Source of the DNA: Actinomycetes bacterium
GTDB taxonomy: Bacteria; Actinomycetota; Actinomycetes; JACCUZ01
Assembly: GCA_038223055.1 (NCBI GenBank)
Contig: JBBRHF010000001.1
Span: 1-60,419, forward strand
Direction: 5' to 3'
DNA: 60,419 nt
The notes beneath the pieces are model-generated. The model was given only the letters and a program-made list of their open reading frames with translations, was not told the origin of the DNA and ran no database searches. Within the stretch, counting starts at the first letter, position 1. Each line of letters starts with the position of its first letter. This document shows, piece after piece, positions 1 through 11,957 of this stretch. The translations under genes and the position numbers were made by a program.

Positions 1-2116
<2,116 letters not shown>

Positions 2117-2227
2117 CTAGCCAGACTTCGTACGACGCCGGCGGGCGGCGCACTCCCGGTCCGCCGAGCGACCTCACGCCACCAGACCGCCCTACGGCGC
2201 CGCACCCATGACGCGCTCCCCCGGCCG

Positions 2228-3613
2228 TCAGGCCAGCCCGGCCGCCGAGAACGCCGCCGCGGACGCCTCGATCGTCGCGGCAGGTCCCACGACGGGGGCG
2301 ACCGCGCCGAGCGTCTTGAGCCCGTCACCGGTATTGAAGATCACCGTGTCCGCGTCCGGGTCCAGCTGCCCCGACGCGAGCAGCTTGCGCAGCACGGCGA
2401 CGGTGACCCCGCCGGCCGTCTCACCGAAGATCCCCTCGGTGCGCGCCAGCAGGCGGATGCTCTCAATGATCTCGTCGTCGGTGACATCCTCGACCGCACC
2501 GCCCGTACGCCGGCAGGTATCCAGCACGTAGGGTCCGTCGGCCGGGTTGCCAATCGCGAGCGACTTGGCGATCGTGCGGGGCCGCACCGGGGCCACGACG
2601 TCATGGCCGGCCTTGAACGCGGCGGCGACCGGCGAACATCCGGTCGCCTGCGCCCCGAACAGCCGGTACGCGGTGGGCTCAACCAACCCGAGCTCACCCA
2701 ACTCGCGAAACCCCTTGTCCACCTTGGTCAACTGCGAACCCGAGGCGACGGGTACGACGACCTGTTGAGGCAGCCGCCAGCCCAGCTGTTCGGCCACCTC
2801 GTAGCCCAGCGTCTTGGAGCCCTCGGCGTAGTAGGGGCGCACGTTGACGTTGACGAAGGCCCAGTCCTCGTGTTCCTCGGCCAGCTCGCAGGCGACCCGG
2901 TTGACGTCGTCGTAGGTTCCCTCGACCGCGACGAGGGTGCCGCCGTAGACGGCGGTCGTCACGATCTTCTGCTGCTCGAGGTCGGCGGGGACGAGGACCA
3001 CCGAGCGGATGCCGGCCCGGGCGGCGGCCGCGGCCACGGCGTTGGCGAGGTTGCCGGTCGACGGGCAGGCCAGGGTGGTGAATCCGAACTCGCGTGCGGC
3101 CGCCAGCGCCACGGCGACGACGCGGTCCTTGAACGAGTGGGTCGGGTTGGCACTGTCGTCCTTGACCCACAGCGCCCTCATCCCCAGCTCTCGACCCAGG
3201 TTGTGGGCGCGAACCAGCGGCGTACAGCCCGGTTCGAGGTTCGGGGTCTCGATCACGCAGGACGGCACGGGCAGCAGCGCCCGGTAACGCCAGATGTTCT
3301 GCGGACCTGCCTCGATCGAGGCGCGGGTCACCGTCCCGAACTCGTAGGACACCTCGAGCGGACCGAAGCACTCGGCGCAGGCGTAGGAGGGCCCCAGCGG
3401 CGCAACGGCGCCACACTCGCGACACGCCAGGCCGATCGCCGGGCCGAGGGCGGGCGAAGAACCCGGCCGAGCCGGCGCGGATGCCGAGCCGGTGGATGGG
3501 GCCGACGCGGGTGGAGCCGACGCGGGTGCTGCGGGTGCTGAAGTTGCGGGTGCTGAAGTTGCGGGTGCGGAAGTCGCGGGTGCGGAAGTCGCGGGTGTTG
3601 AGAGTGCAGGCAT
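2228..3613 (-). CDS. thrC: threonine synthase family PLP enzyme with N-terminal Cys4 zinc-ribbon (ThrC paralog, possibly MetM-like)
   Basis: ATG at 3613 preceded by GAGGAGAGGA. Contains CRECGAVAPLGPSYACAECFGPLE (zinc ribbon), PTHSFKDR (PLP lysine motif), STGNLANAVAAAAARAGI and GIFGETAGGVT. The N-terminus carries TSAPA repeats. Confidence 0.85.
   Translation of the reverse strand: MPALSTPATSAPATSAPATSAPATSAPAAPASAPPASAPSTGSASAPARPGSSPALGPAIGLACRECGAVAPLGPSYACAECFGPLEVSYEFGTVTRASIEAGPQNIWRYRALLPVPSCVIETPNLEPGCTPLVRAHNLGRELGMRALWVKDDSANPTHSFKDRVVAVALAAAREFGFTTLACPSTGNLANAVAAAAARAGIRSVVLVPADLEQQKIVTTAVYGGTLVAVEGTYDDVNRVACELAEEHEDWAFVNVNVRPYYAEGSKTLGYEVAEQLGWRLPQQVVVPVASGSQLTKVDKGFRELGELGLVEPTAYRLFGAQATGCSPVAAAFKAGHDVVAPVRPRTIAKSLAIGNPADGPYVLDTCRRTGGAVEDVTDDEIIESIRLLARTEGIFGETAGGVTVAVLRKLLASGQLDPDADTVIFNTGDGLKTLGAVAPVVGPAATIEASAAAFSAAGLA
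3501..3607. repeat. in-frame 15-nt tandem repeats (2 + 4 copies) in the 5' end of the thrC-like gene
   Basis: gccgacgcgggtgga/gccgacgcgggtgct, then gggtgctgaagttgc x2 and gggtgcggaagtcgc x2. These encode (TSAPA)n on the minus strand. Confidence 0.9.
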
Positions 3614-3631
3614 GTCGAGCGGAGTCCTCTC

Positions 3632-3768
3632 CTCATCTGTCCCGGGCGGACCTCGCCGCGGGTCGGAGTTGGCACCGTGACCGGGCACCCTGCGTCGGAT
3701 GGACGCGGCTGCTCGAGTGCGGTTGCCGGGGCTTCGTCGGGCCGTTCCCTCTGCCCCTCTGGATGAGC
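3632..3768 (-). ncRNA. SAM-I (S-box) riboswitch
   Basis: Minus-strand RNA: GCUCAUCCAGAGGGGCAGAGGGAACGGCCCGACGAAGCCCCGGCAACC...GGUGCCAACUCCGACC...GACAGAUGAGGAG. It matches the conserved SAM-I core (CUnAUCnAGAG-GGC-GAGGGA-GGCCC-GAAnCCC-GCAACC ... GGUGCnAAnUCC ... GAUnAG). P1 is CUCAUC/GAUGAG. The 3' P1 strand abuts the SD sequence GAGGAGAGG of the downstream gene. Confidence 0.85.
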
Positions 3769-4165
3769 GGTGTTCAGTTGTTTGCTCAGAGTACGGCCGG
3801 AGCCGAGCGCTTCTCGAACCGCGTCCGGGACCTGAGACGCCACACCGCACGGGCGCGGCGCTGCCCGAGGGACGTTCCCGGTAGCCCCGCCACCGACATC
3901 CCCGACTGGCAACCACCCGAGCGGTCAAGACCTCGACATCGGCCACGATCCCCCATTCCGACTACAGGGTCTTGCTGCCGACCCGATGCCGCCTACATGG
4001 TGAGCGACGCTGCGTCCGACAGATGAGATTCGCCCACCTATCAACGTCAAAGTGCGCCTCGCGAGGTGTCCACACCTATGTCGGGTGCGTTTGGCCTCGG
4101 TCGGTGACGCTCCCCGAGCCTTCGCTGCCGACGCACCACCTCGATGGTGGCCGATTTGAGGCGCT

Positions 4166-4702
4166 GTGCCCGTTGTGCGGCCCATGGGGATCCCCGTCCT
4201 CGATCAGGCACACTTGTGGCCACGAGGGATGGACCTGAGTGGCCGGACGTTGGGCGGCTACGTCGTGGGCCGACCGAGAGGGCAGGACGTGCGACCAGCA
4301 CTGCGACTGCGCCAGGTGACCAACGTGGTCAACCTGTCCACGCCGCTCGGCCTCCTCCTCGCCGCGGCCGCTCGAACCCGCCTCGAGCGCGCCGCTGACG
4401 GCCTCCTCGTGGCCTGGGGCTACCGCTGGCCGGTGCCCAAGGCACCGGCGTTCACGGTCGGCAACGTCATCCTGGTGCGCTTGGACGAGGAAACACTCGC
4501 CGCCCGGCCGCGGCTGATGGCTCACGAGGGCCGCCACGCCACGCAGTACGCCGTGTGCTTCGGGCCGCTACTGCTGCCGCTCTACCTGCTGGCCGGCGCC
4601 TGGTCGTGGTGGCGCACCCGCGACGTCGCCGCGCGCAACGTGTTCGAGCGGCTGGCGGGTCTGGAGGACGGCGGCTACCGGGCTCCGGCGGACCGGCCCT
4701 AA
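4166..4702 (+). CDS. hypothetical protein with HExxH-like motif (MAHEGRHATQY) and C-terminal hydrophobic segment
   Basis: GC3-rich ORF. GTG at 4166 has GAGG 4 nt upstream; an alternative ATG lies at 4229. No family recognised beyond the HEGRH motif. Confidence 0.55.
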   Translation: MPVVRPMGIPVLDQAHLWPRGMDLSGRTLGGYVVGRPRGQDVRPALRLRQVTNVVNLSTPLGLLLAAAARTRLERAADGLLVAWGYRWPVPKAPAFTVGNVILVRLDEETLAARPRLMAHEGRHATQYAVCFGPLLLPLYLLAGAWSWWRTRDVAARNVFERLAGLEDGGYRAPADRP

Positions 4703-4712
4703 AGTCGACGGC

Positions 4713-6281
<1,569 letters not shown>

Positions 6282-6288
6282 GGCTCGG

Positions 6289-7407
6289 ATGTGGCTGACC
6301 CGCGAGCCGTCATCTGTCATGCTCGGTGAGATCATGCTGGCTATCCACGATAGGTCTCCGCGTGCCTGGAGGGCGCAGGCTCGCACTGTGCTGTCCATGG
6401 TCGCCGCCGTGTCGATCATCGTGACCGTGCTTCCCAAGGTCGCCGGAGCCTCCTGGGCGCAGATCGGACCGATGCTGCGAGCACTCACAGTGGGTCAGAT
6501 CCTGCTGCTCACGGCCCTGTGGTTCGTCGGCCTCTACGCCTACTCGTTCGTGCAGACGGCGTCCCTGCCTCGGCTGTCCAAGCGCCAGGCGCTGACCATG
6601 AACCTCAGCGGGAGCGCCGTGGCCAACCTCGTGCCCTTCGGCGGTGCGCTGGGCATCGGGGTCAACTACGCGATGGTGCGCTCGTGGGGCATGGGCAAGA
6701 CCGCCTTCACGCTGTCCGCCCTCGTGACCAACATCTGGAACATTCTGACCAAGCTGAGCCTCCCGATCATCGCGCTCGGCGTGATCGTCATCGGCGGGCA
6801 GGTCACGGATCGCCGCCTGGTCGTGCCGGCCGTGGTTGCGGCCACGGTCCTCGTCATGGTGACGGGTGCCATGGCGGCGGCGCTGACCAGCGTGGCGGCG
6901 GCCCGACTGCTCGGCCGTTGGGCGGAACGCACGGCCAACGGAGCTCTGCGGATGGTGCGTTCGGACCGTCGGGTGCGCTGGGAACGTCGGGCGGTCGGGC
7001 TGCGGTTACGAACCGTCGACCTCCTCCGGACGGCGTGGGCCCAGATGTCGCTCGGGATGCTGGTCTACGCGGCGCTTCAGTCGCTGTTGCTGTGGGCGAC
7101 GCTGCACATGCTGGGCAGTCACCTGCCGCCGTCGGTGGTGTTCGCGGGTTACGCGCTCGAGCGGTTGCTGACCCTGGTCGTCCTCACGCCGGGTGGCGCC
7201 GGGTTCGCCGAGGTGGGCACCACTGCGCTGCTGATCGCGTTCGGCGGCGCGCCGGCCGTCACGGCGGCGGGAGTGCTGGTCTACCGCGGCTTCACCTTCC
7301 TGATCGAGATCCCCGTCGGGGGTGCGGTGCTGCTGGGTTGGCTCTGGCGACGGCGCCGGAACAACCGGACCGAGCAGACCCCAGCACTGGCCGGCGGGGC
7401 CGCCTGA
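6289..7407 (+). CDS. lysylphosphatidylglycerol-synthase-TM-like (flippase-like) integral membrane protein
   Basis: Multi-TM protein. Has the N-terminal pattern typical of the LPG_synthase_TM/UPF0104 family (...LTALWFVGLYAYSFVQTASLP...SGSAVANLVPFGGALGIGVNYAMVRSWG...PGGAGFAEVG). Start is 8 nt after the otsA stop. Confidence 0.65.
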   Translation: MWLTREPSSVMLGEIMLAIHDRSPRAWRAQARTVLSMVAAVSIIVTVLPKVAGASWAQIGPMLRALTVGQILLLTALWFVGLYAYSFVQTASLPRLSKRQALTMNLSGSAVANLVPFGGALGIGVNYAMVRSWGMGKTAFTLSALVTNIWNILTKLSLPIIALGVIVIGGQVTDRRLVVPAVVAATVLVMVTGAMAAALTSVAAARLLGRWAERTANGALRMVRSDRRVRWERRAVGLRLRTVDLLRTAWAQMSLGMLVYAALQSLLLWATLHMLGSHLPPSVVFAGYALERLLTLVVLTPGGAGFAEVGTTALLIAFGGAPAVTAAGVLVYRGFTFLIEIPVGGAVLLGWLWRRRRNNRTEQTPALAGGAA

Positions 7408-8561
7408 TGCGGATCGCGCACGTCACCGACTGCTACTTGCCCCAGCGCGGCGGCATCGAGATGCAGGTGCACGACCTGGCGGCCCACCAGCGAGCCGCCG
7501 GGCACGACGTCGACATCTTCACTGCCACCCGGTCCGACGCCACCGGCGACGCGGCGCCGGAGCCGGACCCGGCGTGGGTGCACCGGGTGGTCCGCGCCCG
7601 GCGTCCCGGTGCCCACATGATCGCCTGCATTCGCGCGGCGGCCCCACTGTTCGCCGCCGGCGACTACGACGCGGTGCACGTGCATTGGTCGATCTACTCC
7701 CCGCTCGGGCAGATCGCGGTCCGCTCTGCGGCCGCGGCCGGGATCCCGACGGTTATCACGATCCACTCGCTGTGGTGGCGCATCGAGCCGCTCCCACGCG
7801 TGTCCAACCTCGCTCTGGGCTGGAGCGGCCTACCGGTGCTCTGGTCGGCCGTCAGCCACGTCGCCGCCGAGCCGATTGACCGGATGTTGCGCATCTCGCG
7901 ACCCACAATCGTCCTGCCCAACGGCATCGACCTGGGCGAATGGAAGCCGGCATCCGAGGCGGGCCCAAGAATCGGCTCGGAGGTCGTCCTCGCGAGCGTG
8001 ATGCGCCTGGCCCCCCGCAAGCGCCCGATGCGGCTGCTGCGGATGGCCCGCCAGCTCAAGGCACGTGTCCCCGGCGCCAGCCTTCGGCTGGTCATCGTCG
8101 GCGAGGGTCCCGAACGTGCCACGCTCGAGAGCTACATCTCCCGGCACGCCATGTCGTCCTGGGTCGACCTTCCGGGCTGGCTGACCCGGCCCGAGATCCG
8201 CGACGTGCTGCACGCGGCTGACGTCTACGTCGCACCCGCCGATCTCGAATCGTTCGGCATCGCCGCCCTCGAGGCGCGCTGTGCGGGCCTTCCCGTCGTC
8301 GCCAAGGCACGCGGCGGCGTCGGGGAGTTCATCACCGACGGGCTGGACGGTTTCCTGGCCCGAAGCGACGACGGACTCGTCGACTCGCTCGAGCAACTCG
8401 TGCGGTCCCCGCTGCTGCGTTCCTCGATGAGCGCCCACAACCGTCGCGTCCCCCCGCCGCTGGGTTGGGCGGCGGCCCTGGCCCGCACCGACGAGGCCTA
8501 TGCGGCTGCGGCCGGCCTCGCGGAGAGGCGCGCCGGTGCTCGTCGGCGGGTGGCCGCGTGA
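7407..8561 (+). CDS. glycosyltransferase family 4 (GT-B, PIG-A/MshA-like fold class)
   Basis: MRIAHVTDCYLPQRGGIEMQVHDLA at the N-terminus and the EX7E region ESFGIAALEARCAGLPVV. The ATG overlaps the upstream stop (TGATG). The longer 6519 ORF start is a shadow extension. Confidence 0.8.
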   Translation: MRIAHVTDCYLPQRGGIEMQVHDLAAHQRAAGHDVDIFTATRSDATGDAAPEPDPAWVHRVVRARRPGAHMIACIRAAAPLFAAGDYDAVHVHWSIYSPLGQIAVRSAAAAGIPTVITIHSLWWRIEPLPRVSNLALGWSGLPVLWSAVSHVAAEPIDRMLRISRPTIVLPNGIDLGEWKPASEAGPRIGSEVVLASVMRLAPRKRPMRLLRMARQLKARVPGASLRLVIVGEGPERATLESYISRHAMSSWVDLPGWLTRPEIRDVLHAADVYVAPADLESFGIAALEARCAGLPVVAKARGGVGEFITDGLDGFLARSDDGLVDSLEQLVRSPLLRSSMSAHNRRVPPPLGWAAALARTDEAYAAAAGLAERRAGARRRVAA

Positions 8562-9559
8562 GCCACCCCCCGGCTGCGACCTGCACGCTCGTGTCCTTCC
8601 ACGCCCATCCCGACGACGAGGCGCTGCTGACGGCCGGATCGCTGGCCAAGGCCGCAGCCGACGGCCACCGCGTCGTGCTCGTCGTGGCGACGGCCGGCGA
8701 GTCCGGGCTGGCGGCTTCGCCTTTCCACGAGGGAACCGGCGGGTCGGGCCAGCTCTTCGGGTCGGGCCAGCTCGGCGGATCGGGCCAGCTCGGCAGGTTG
8801 GGCCAGCACCGGATCGCCGAGCTGCACCGGGCGGCCGCGGCGCTGGGTTGCGCTCGGGTCGAGCTGCTGGGCTACGCCGACTCCGGGATGGACGGGACAG
8901 CGGCGCTCCCCCCCGAGCTCGGCTCCGACTCCAGCACCGGCTCCGACTCCAGCACCGGCTCCGGCACCGGCACCGGCTCCAGCACCGGCTCCCTCACCAG
9001 GACCCGGACCCGGTTCGCGGATGCCGACGTCGAGGAGGCGGCGACCCGCTTGGCGGCACTGCTGCGCGAGGAGCGGGCGCAGGTCCTCACCATCTACGAC
9101 GAGCGCGGCGGCTATGGACACCCCGACCACGTCCAGGTGCACCACGTGGGGCGGCGCGCCGCCGAGCTGGCCGGCACCCCCGTGGTGCTCGAGGCCACCG
9201 TCGATCGCGACCTGCTGCTCCGGGTGCTCCGGGTGCTCCGGCCATTGGCCCGGGTCCTGCCGTTCCTCGCTCTGGACGGGCTCGACCGGCTCGGTTCCGC
9301 CTACACGCCGCGGGCCGGACTGACGCACCGCATCGACGTACGCGCCCAGGCGTCGCAGAAACGCGCGGCGATGGCCGCGCACGCCAGCCAGGCCACCGGC
9401 GGGGCCGGGACGCGCACTCTGAGTCTTTTCCTGCGGCTCCCGCTGCCGGTGTTCCGCATCGTGTTCGGCCACGAGTGGTTCACCGAGCGTGACTGCAGCG
9501 CAGGAGGACCCCTGCGACCCGACCTGTTCGCCACCCTGCCCGCGAGTAGCCCGACGTGA
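8558..9559 (+). CDS. PIG-L/LmbE family N-acetylglucosaminyl deacetylase
   Basis: VSFHAHPDDEALLTAGSLA (AHPDDE zinc motif), GYGHPDHVQVH. GTG overlaps the GT4 stop (GTGA). Contains two internal 18-nt repeat tracts. Confidence 0.8.
   Translation: MSHPPAATCTLVSFHAHPDDEALLTAGSLAKAAADGHRVVLVVATAGESGLAASPFHEGTGGSGQLFGSGQLGGSGQLGRLGQHRIAELHRAAAALGCARVELLGYADSGMDGTAALPPELGSDSSTGSDSSTGSGTGTGSSTGSLTRTRTRFADADVEEAATRLAALLREERAQVLTIYDERGGYGHPDHVQVHHVGRRAAELAGTPVVLEATVDRDLLLRVLRVLRPLARVLPFLALDGLDRLGSAYTPRAGLTHRIDVRAQASQKRAAMAAHASQATGGAGTRTLSLFLRLPLPVFRIVFGHEWFTERDCSAGGPLRPDLFATLPASSPT
8741..8809. repeat. in-frame 18-nt tandem repeat (about 3.8 copies) inside the PIG-L gene
   Basis: gggtcgggccagctcttc / gggtcgggccagctcggc / ggatcgggccagctcggc, encoding GSGQLF GSGQLG GSGQLG RLGQ. 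Confidence 0.9.
8921..8992. repeat. in-frame 18-nt tandem repeat (4 copies) inside the PIG-L gene
   Basis: ggctccgactccagcacc x2 followed by two diverged copies, encoding GSDSSTGSDSSTGSGTGTGSSTGS. Confidence 0.9.
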
Positions 9560-10374
9560 CCTCCCTGGCCCTGGAGCGTGTCGTCGCCTGCGCACGCCGG
9601 GCCCGACGGACCCGGCCGCTGCTGATCGGCGAGATTGCCGTCGTCGCGCTGCTGGTGTTCGCCTACGACCGGGTTCGTGCGCTGGCCGAACTGCGGCCCG
9701 CCGCAGCCCTGGCCAACGGGCAGCTCGTGATCGACGCCGAACGGTTCCTGCACGTCGACATCGAGTTGACTGCCAACCTGTGGCTCACCAGCCACCGCAT
9801 GCTCAGCGAGCTGTCCTCGTGGTACTACCAGACCGCCCACCTCACGGTGACCCTGCTGGTGCTCGCGTTGTGCTACTGGCGCCGCCCCGACGCCTACCGG
9901 TCGGCGCGCAACGCCCTGGTCGCGATCAACGTCGTCGGCTTCATGGTGTTCTGGGTGTTCCCGGTGGCGCCGCCCCGGCTGGCCGGCGCCGGCTTCGTGG
10001 ACACCGCCCTGGCCGCCGGCGTGTCAGCCCCCACCGACCCGTCGGCGTCGATGAACCCGTATGCCGCGATGCCCTCGCTGCATCTGGCCTGGGCCGCCTG
10101 GGTCGCGGTCGTGGGACTGCTGCTGACCCGCCAGCTGCTGGCTCGGGTGCTGTGCGTGGCCTACCCTCTCGTCACTGCCGTCGTGGTGATGATCACCGCC
10201 AACCACTACCTGTTCGACGTGCTAGCGGGGGTCGCGGTCGCGTTGCTGATGGCCCGACTGACCGGCCTGACCTCAGGTGCAGCAGTCGTAAGGCCACGCG
10301 TCCCGTCGCCTCGGACCGGCTCCCCGCCGCGATCACGCAAGAGCGGTCGCGCCGAGGACTCTCCCGCCGTGTGA
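9556..10374 (+). CDS. PAP2 superfamily membrane protein (PAP2_C / inositol-phosphorylceramide-synthase-like)
   Basis: Multi-TM protein with the PAP2 C2/C3-like motifs PSLHLAWA and TANHYLFDVLAG. GTG overlaps the PIG-L stop (GTGA). Confidence 0.7.
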   Translation: MTSLALERVVACARRARRTRPLLIGEIAVVALLVFAYDRVRALAELRPAAALANGQLVIDAERFLHVDIELTANLWLTSHRMLSELSSWYYQTAHLTVTLLVLALCYWRRPDAYRSARNALVAINVVGFMVFWVFPVAPPRLAGAGFVDTALAAGVSAPTDPSASMNPYAAMPSLHLAWAAWVAVVGLLLTRQLLARVLCVAYPLVTAVVVMITANHYLFDVLAGVAVALLMARLTGLTSGAAVVRPRVPSPRTGSPPRSRKSGRAEDSPAV

Positions 10375-10387
10375 GCGCCTCGGCGGC

Positions 10388-10418
10388 CCGGTGACCTAGA
10401 CGGCCCCGTGGCCTAGAC
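10388..10418. repeat. two copies of a 13-14-nt motif (C)CGTGGCCTAGAC containing the otsB stop codon
   Basis: ccggtgacctagac ... ccgtggcctagac. The same 13-mer recurs at 11932 and 11945. Confidence 0.7.
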
Positions 10419-11267
10419 AGGCGGCCCCGTCGGCGCCATGGCCTGGACCAGCGCGTGGAGCAGCCCGACCACACCGTCGGGACCGTCGACCACGAGGTCG
10501 GCGCGCTTGGCCAGAACCGTGACCTCGGTCGACCCGCTGCACACGAGCAACCCGGGAATTCCGCTGGCGCGCTGGCGATCGACCTCATCGAAGGCCGCGA
10601 GGTCGCCGAGATCGTCCCCGACGAAGACCACGACCGACGCCGGCCCAGCCTGCGTCCCCTCCTCGGTCAGGGCGCGCAGGGCGCCCCCCTTGTCGGCGCC
10701 CGCCGGCCGCAGCTCGATCACCATGCGCCCCGGCTCGACCACCAGGCCGGCCTCGCGCGCGAGAGCGGCGAGCGGGCCCGCGACGAGCGCCTGGGCTGCC
10801 TCCGGGTCCGCCGTCCGGCGCAGGTGCACCGCGAGTGCCCGGCCCTTGTCCTCGACGTAGGTGCCCTCGGGGGCGCCCAGCCGCTCGAGCAGCGGGGGCA
10901 GCCGTCGTCGTACGTCCTCGACCGCGGGGTCCGGCTCGGGAGCCTCGATGACTCCCTCGGCCCAGCGCTCGAGCCCGTAGTGGCCGAGGACGACCAGGGC
11001 GCGTACGTCGCCCAGACCGCCGTAGTCGACCGCGAGTTGGGCCGGCCGGCCGGTGATGATCGCCAGCCGTCCCAGTCGCCCGGCCAGGGCCGCCAACGCT
11101 CCGGCCGCGGCGGGGTGCGCCCGGGCGTCGTCGGGATCGGGCACGATCGGGGCGAGCGTGCCGTCGAAATCCAGACCCATGACCGCGCGCTCCGGGGCGA
11201 CGAGCAGGGCGTCGAGGCCCGCCCTGCCCTGATCGGTGCTCGGCTCGGGCAGCGGAGGTGGTGGCAT
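10413..11267 (-). CDS. otsB: trehalose-phosphatase (HAD-IIB)
   Basis: ATG at 11267. MGLDFDGTLAPIVPDPDDA (DxDGT motif), AIITGRP, FVGDDLGDLAAF. Confidence 0.85.
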   Translation of the reverse strand: MPPPPLPEPSTDQGRAGLDALLVAPERAVMGLDFDGTLAPIVPDPDDARAHPAAAGALAALAGRLGRLAIITGRPAQLAVDYGGLGDVRALVVLGHYGLERWAEGVIEAPEPDPAVEDVRRRLPPLLERLGAPEGTYVEDKGRALAVHLRRTADPEAAQALVAGPLAALAREAGLVVEPGRMVIELRPAGADKGGALRALTEEGTQAGPASVVVFVGDDLGDLAAFDEVDRQRASGIPGLLVCSGSTEVTVLAKRADLVVDGPDGVVGLLHALVQAMAPTGPPV

Positions 11268-11298
11268 GGCTCGGAAGCGTAGTGCCCGGAACGACCCG

Positions 11299-11886
11299 TC
11301 AGGTCGGGTAGTCGTTGCCGAGAACCACCGTGAGGCGCGCGGTGGACAGGTTGCCGAACCGGGGACGGACGCGCGCCGACGCGGGCAGAACGCCCGAGAC
11401 AACCCGGGCCGAAGCTGCTCCGCCGGCCGGGTAGTAGACCGTCGTCGCGGGCACCGCGCCGCGGAAGTTGGCCGTGACCACGACGTTCCAGCCCCGCGCC
11501 CTCAGCCGTCGAGCAACGCGGGCTGCCAGCCCGGTGCGCCGGGTGGCGTTGAGCACGACGACGTCTGGCCGGCGCACCGTCGCCCGACGACGCGGCGGTG
11601 GTGGCGGGAACGACCGACCGGTGTGGGATGGAGCCGGGGTGCGCCGTGCCGGAACCGGGACGCTGCGCGACGGGGGCGGGGCGCTCGCGGGAGGTGTCAG
11701 CGTGGGGACGGCCCTGGGTGCCGCCGACCCGGCGTGTCGCGGGGTCACGTCCTGGCCGCGCCACACGAACAGGCCGGTCACCAGCGCGGTCACTGCGACC
11801 ACGGCCAGCAGGGACGGCAGCATGGCGGTCGCCAGCGCCCGCAGCCCCGAGCGATCGGGCGGGCTGATCGGATCGGGCGGGCTCAT
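11299..11886 (-). CDS. LytR_C domain-containing membrane-anchored protein
   Basis: N-terminal TM segment (LPSLLAVVAVTALVTGLFVW), Pro-rich linker, and a C-terminus VVVLNATRRTGLAARVARRLRARGWNV...TVYYP...LTVVLGNDY typical of LytR C-terminal domains. Start is uncertain. Confidence 0.7.
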   Translation of the reverse strand: MSPPDPISPPDRSGLRALATAMLPSLLAVVAVTALVTGLFVWRGQDVTPRHAGSAAPRAVPTLTPPASAPPPSRSVPVPARRTPAPSHTGRSFPPPPPRRRATVRRPDVVVLNATRRTGLAARVARRLRARGWNVVVTANFRGAVPATTVYYPAGGAASARVVSGVLPASARVRPRFGNLSTARLTVVLGNDYPT

Positions 11887-11920
11887 CGGGAGGGTTGTCG
11901 GGCCACGTCGTGGGCTCGAC

Positions 11921-11957
11921 GCGGCCTGGACCCGTGGCCTAGACCCGTGGCCTAGAC
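11921..11957. repeat. tandem copies of CCGTGGCCTAGAC at the 3' end of the DUF3263 gene
   Basis: ggcctggac | ccgtggcctagac | ccgtggcctagac. The last copy supplies the TAG stop of the minus-strand gene. Confidence 0.8.

Noticed and set aside
6519-7406. 5' extension of the GT4 ORF (the 680-aa version starting at 6519).
   Set aside because: The extension overlaps the well-supported membrane-protein gene in another frame and translates to Arg/Gly-rich junk. GT4 homology begins exactly at the ATG at 7407, which overlaps the upstream stop.
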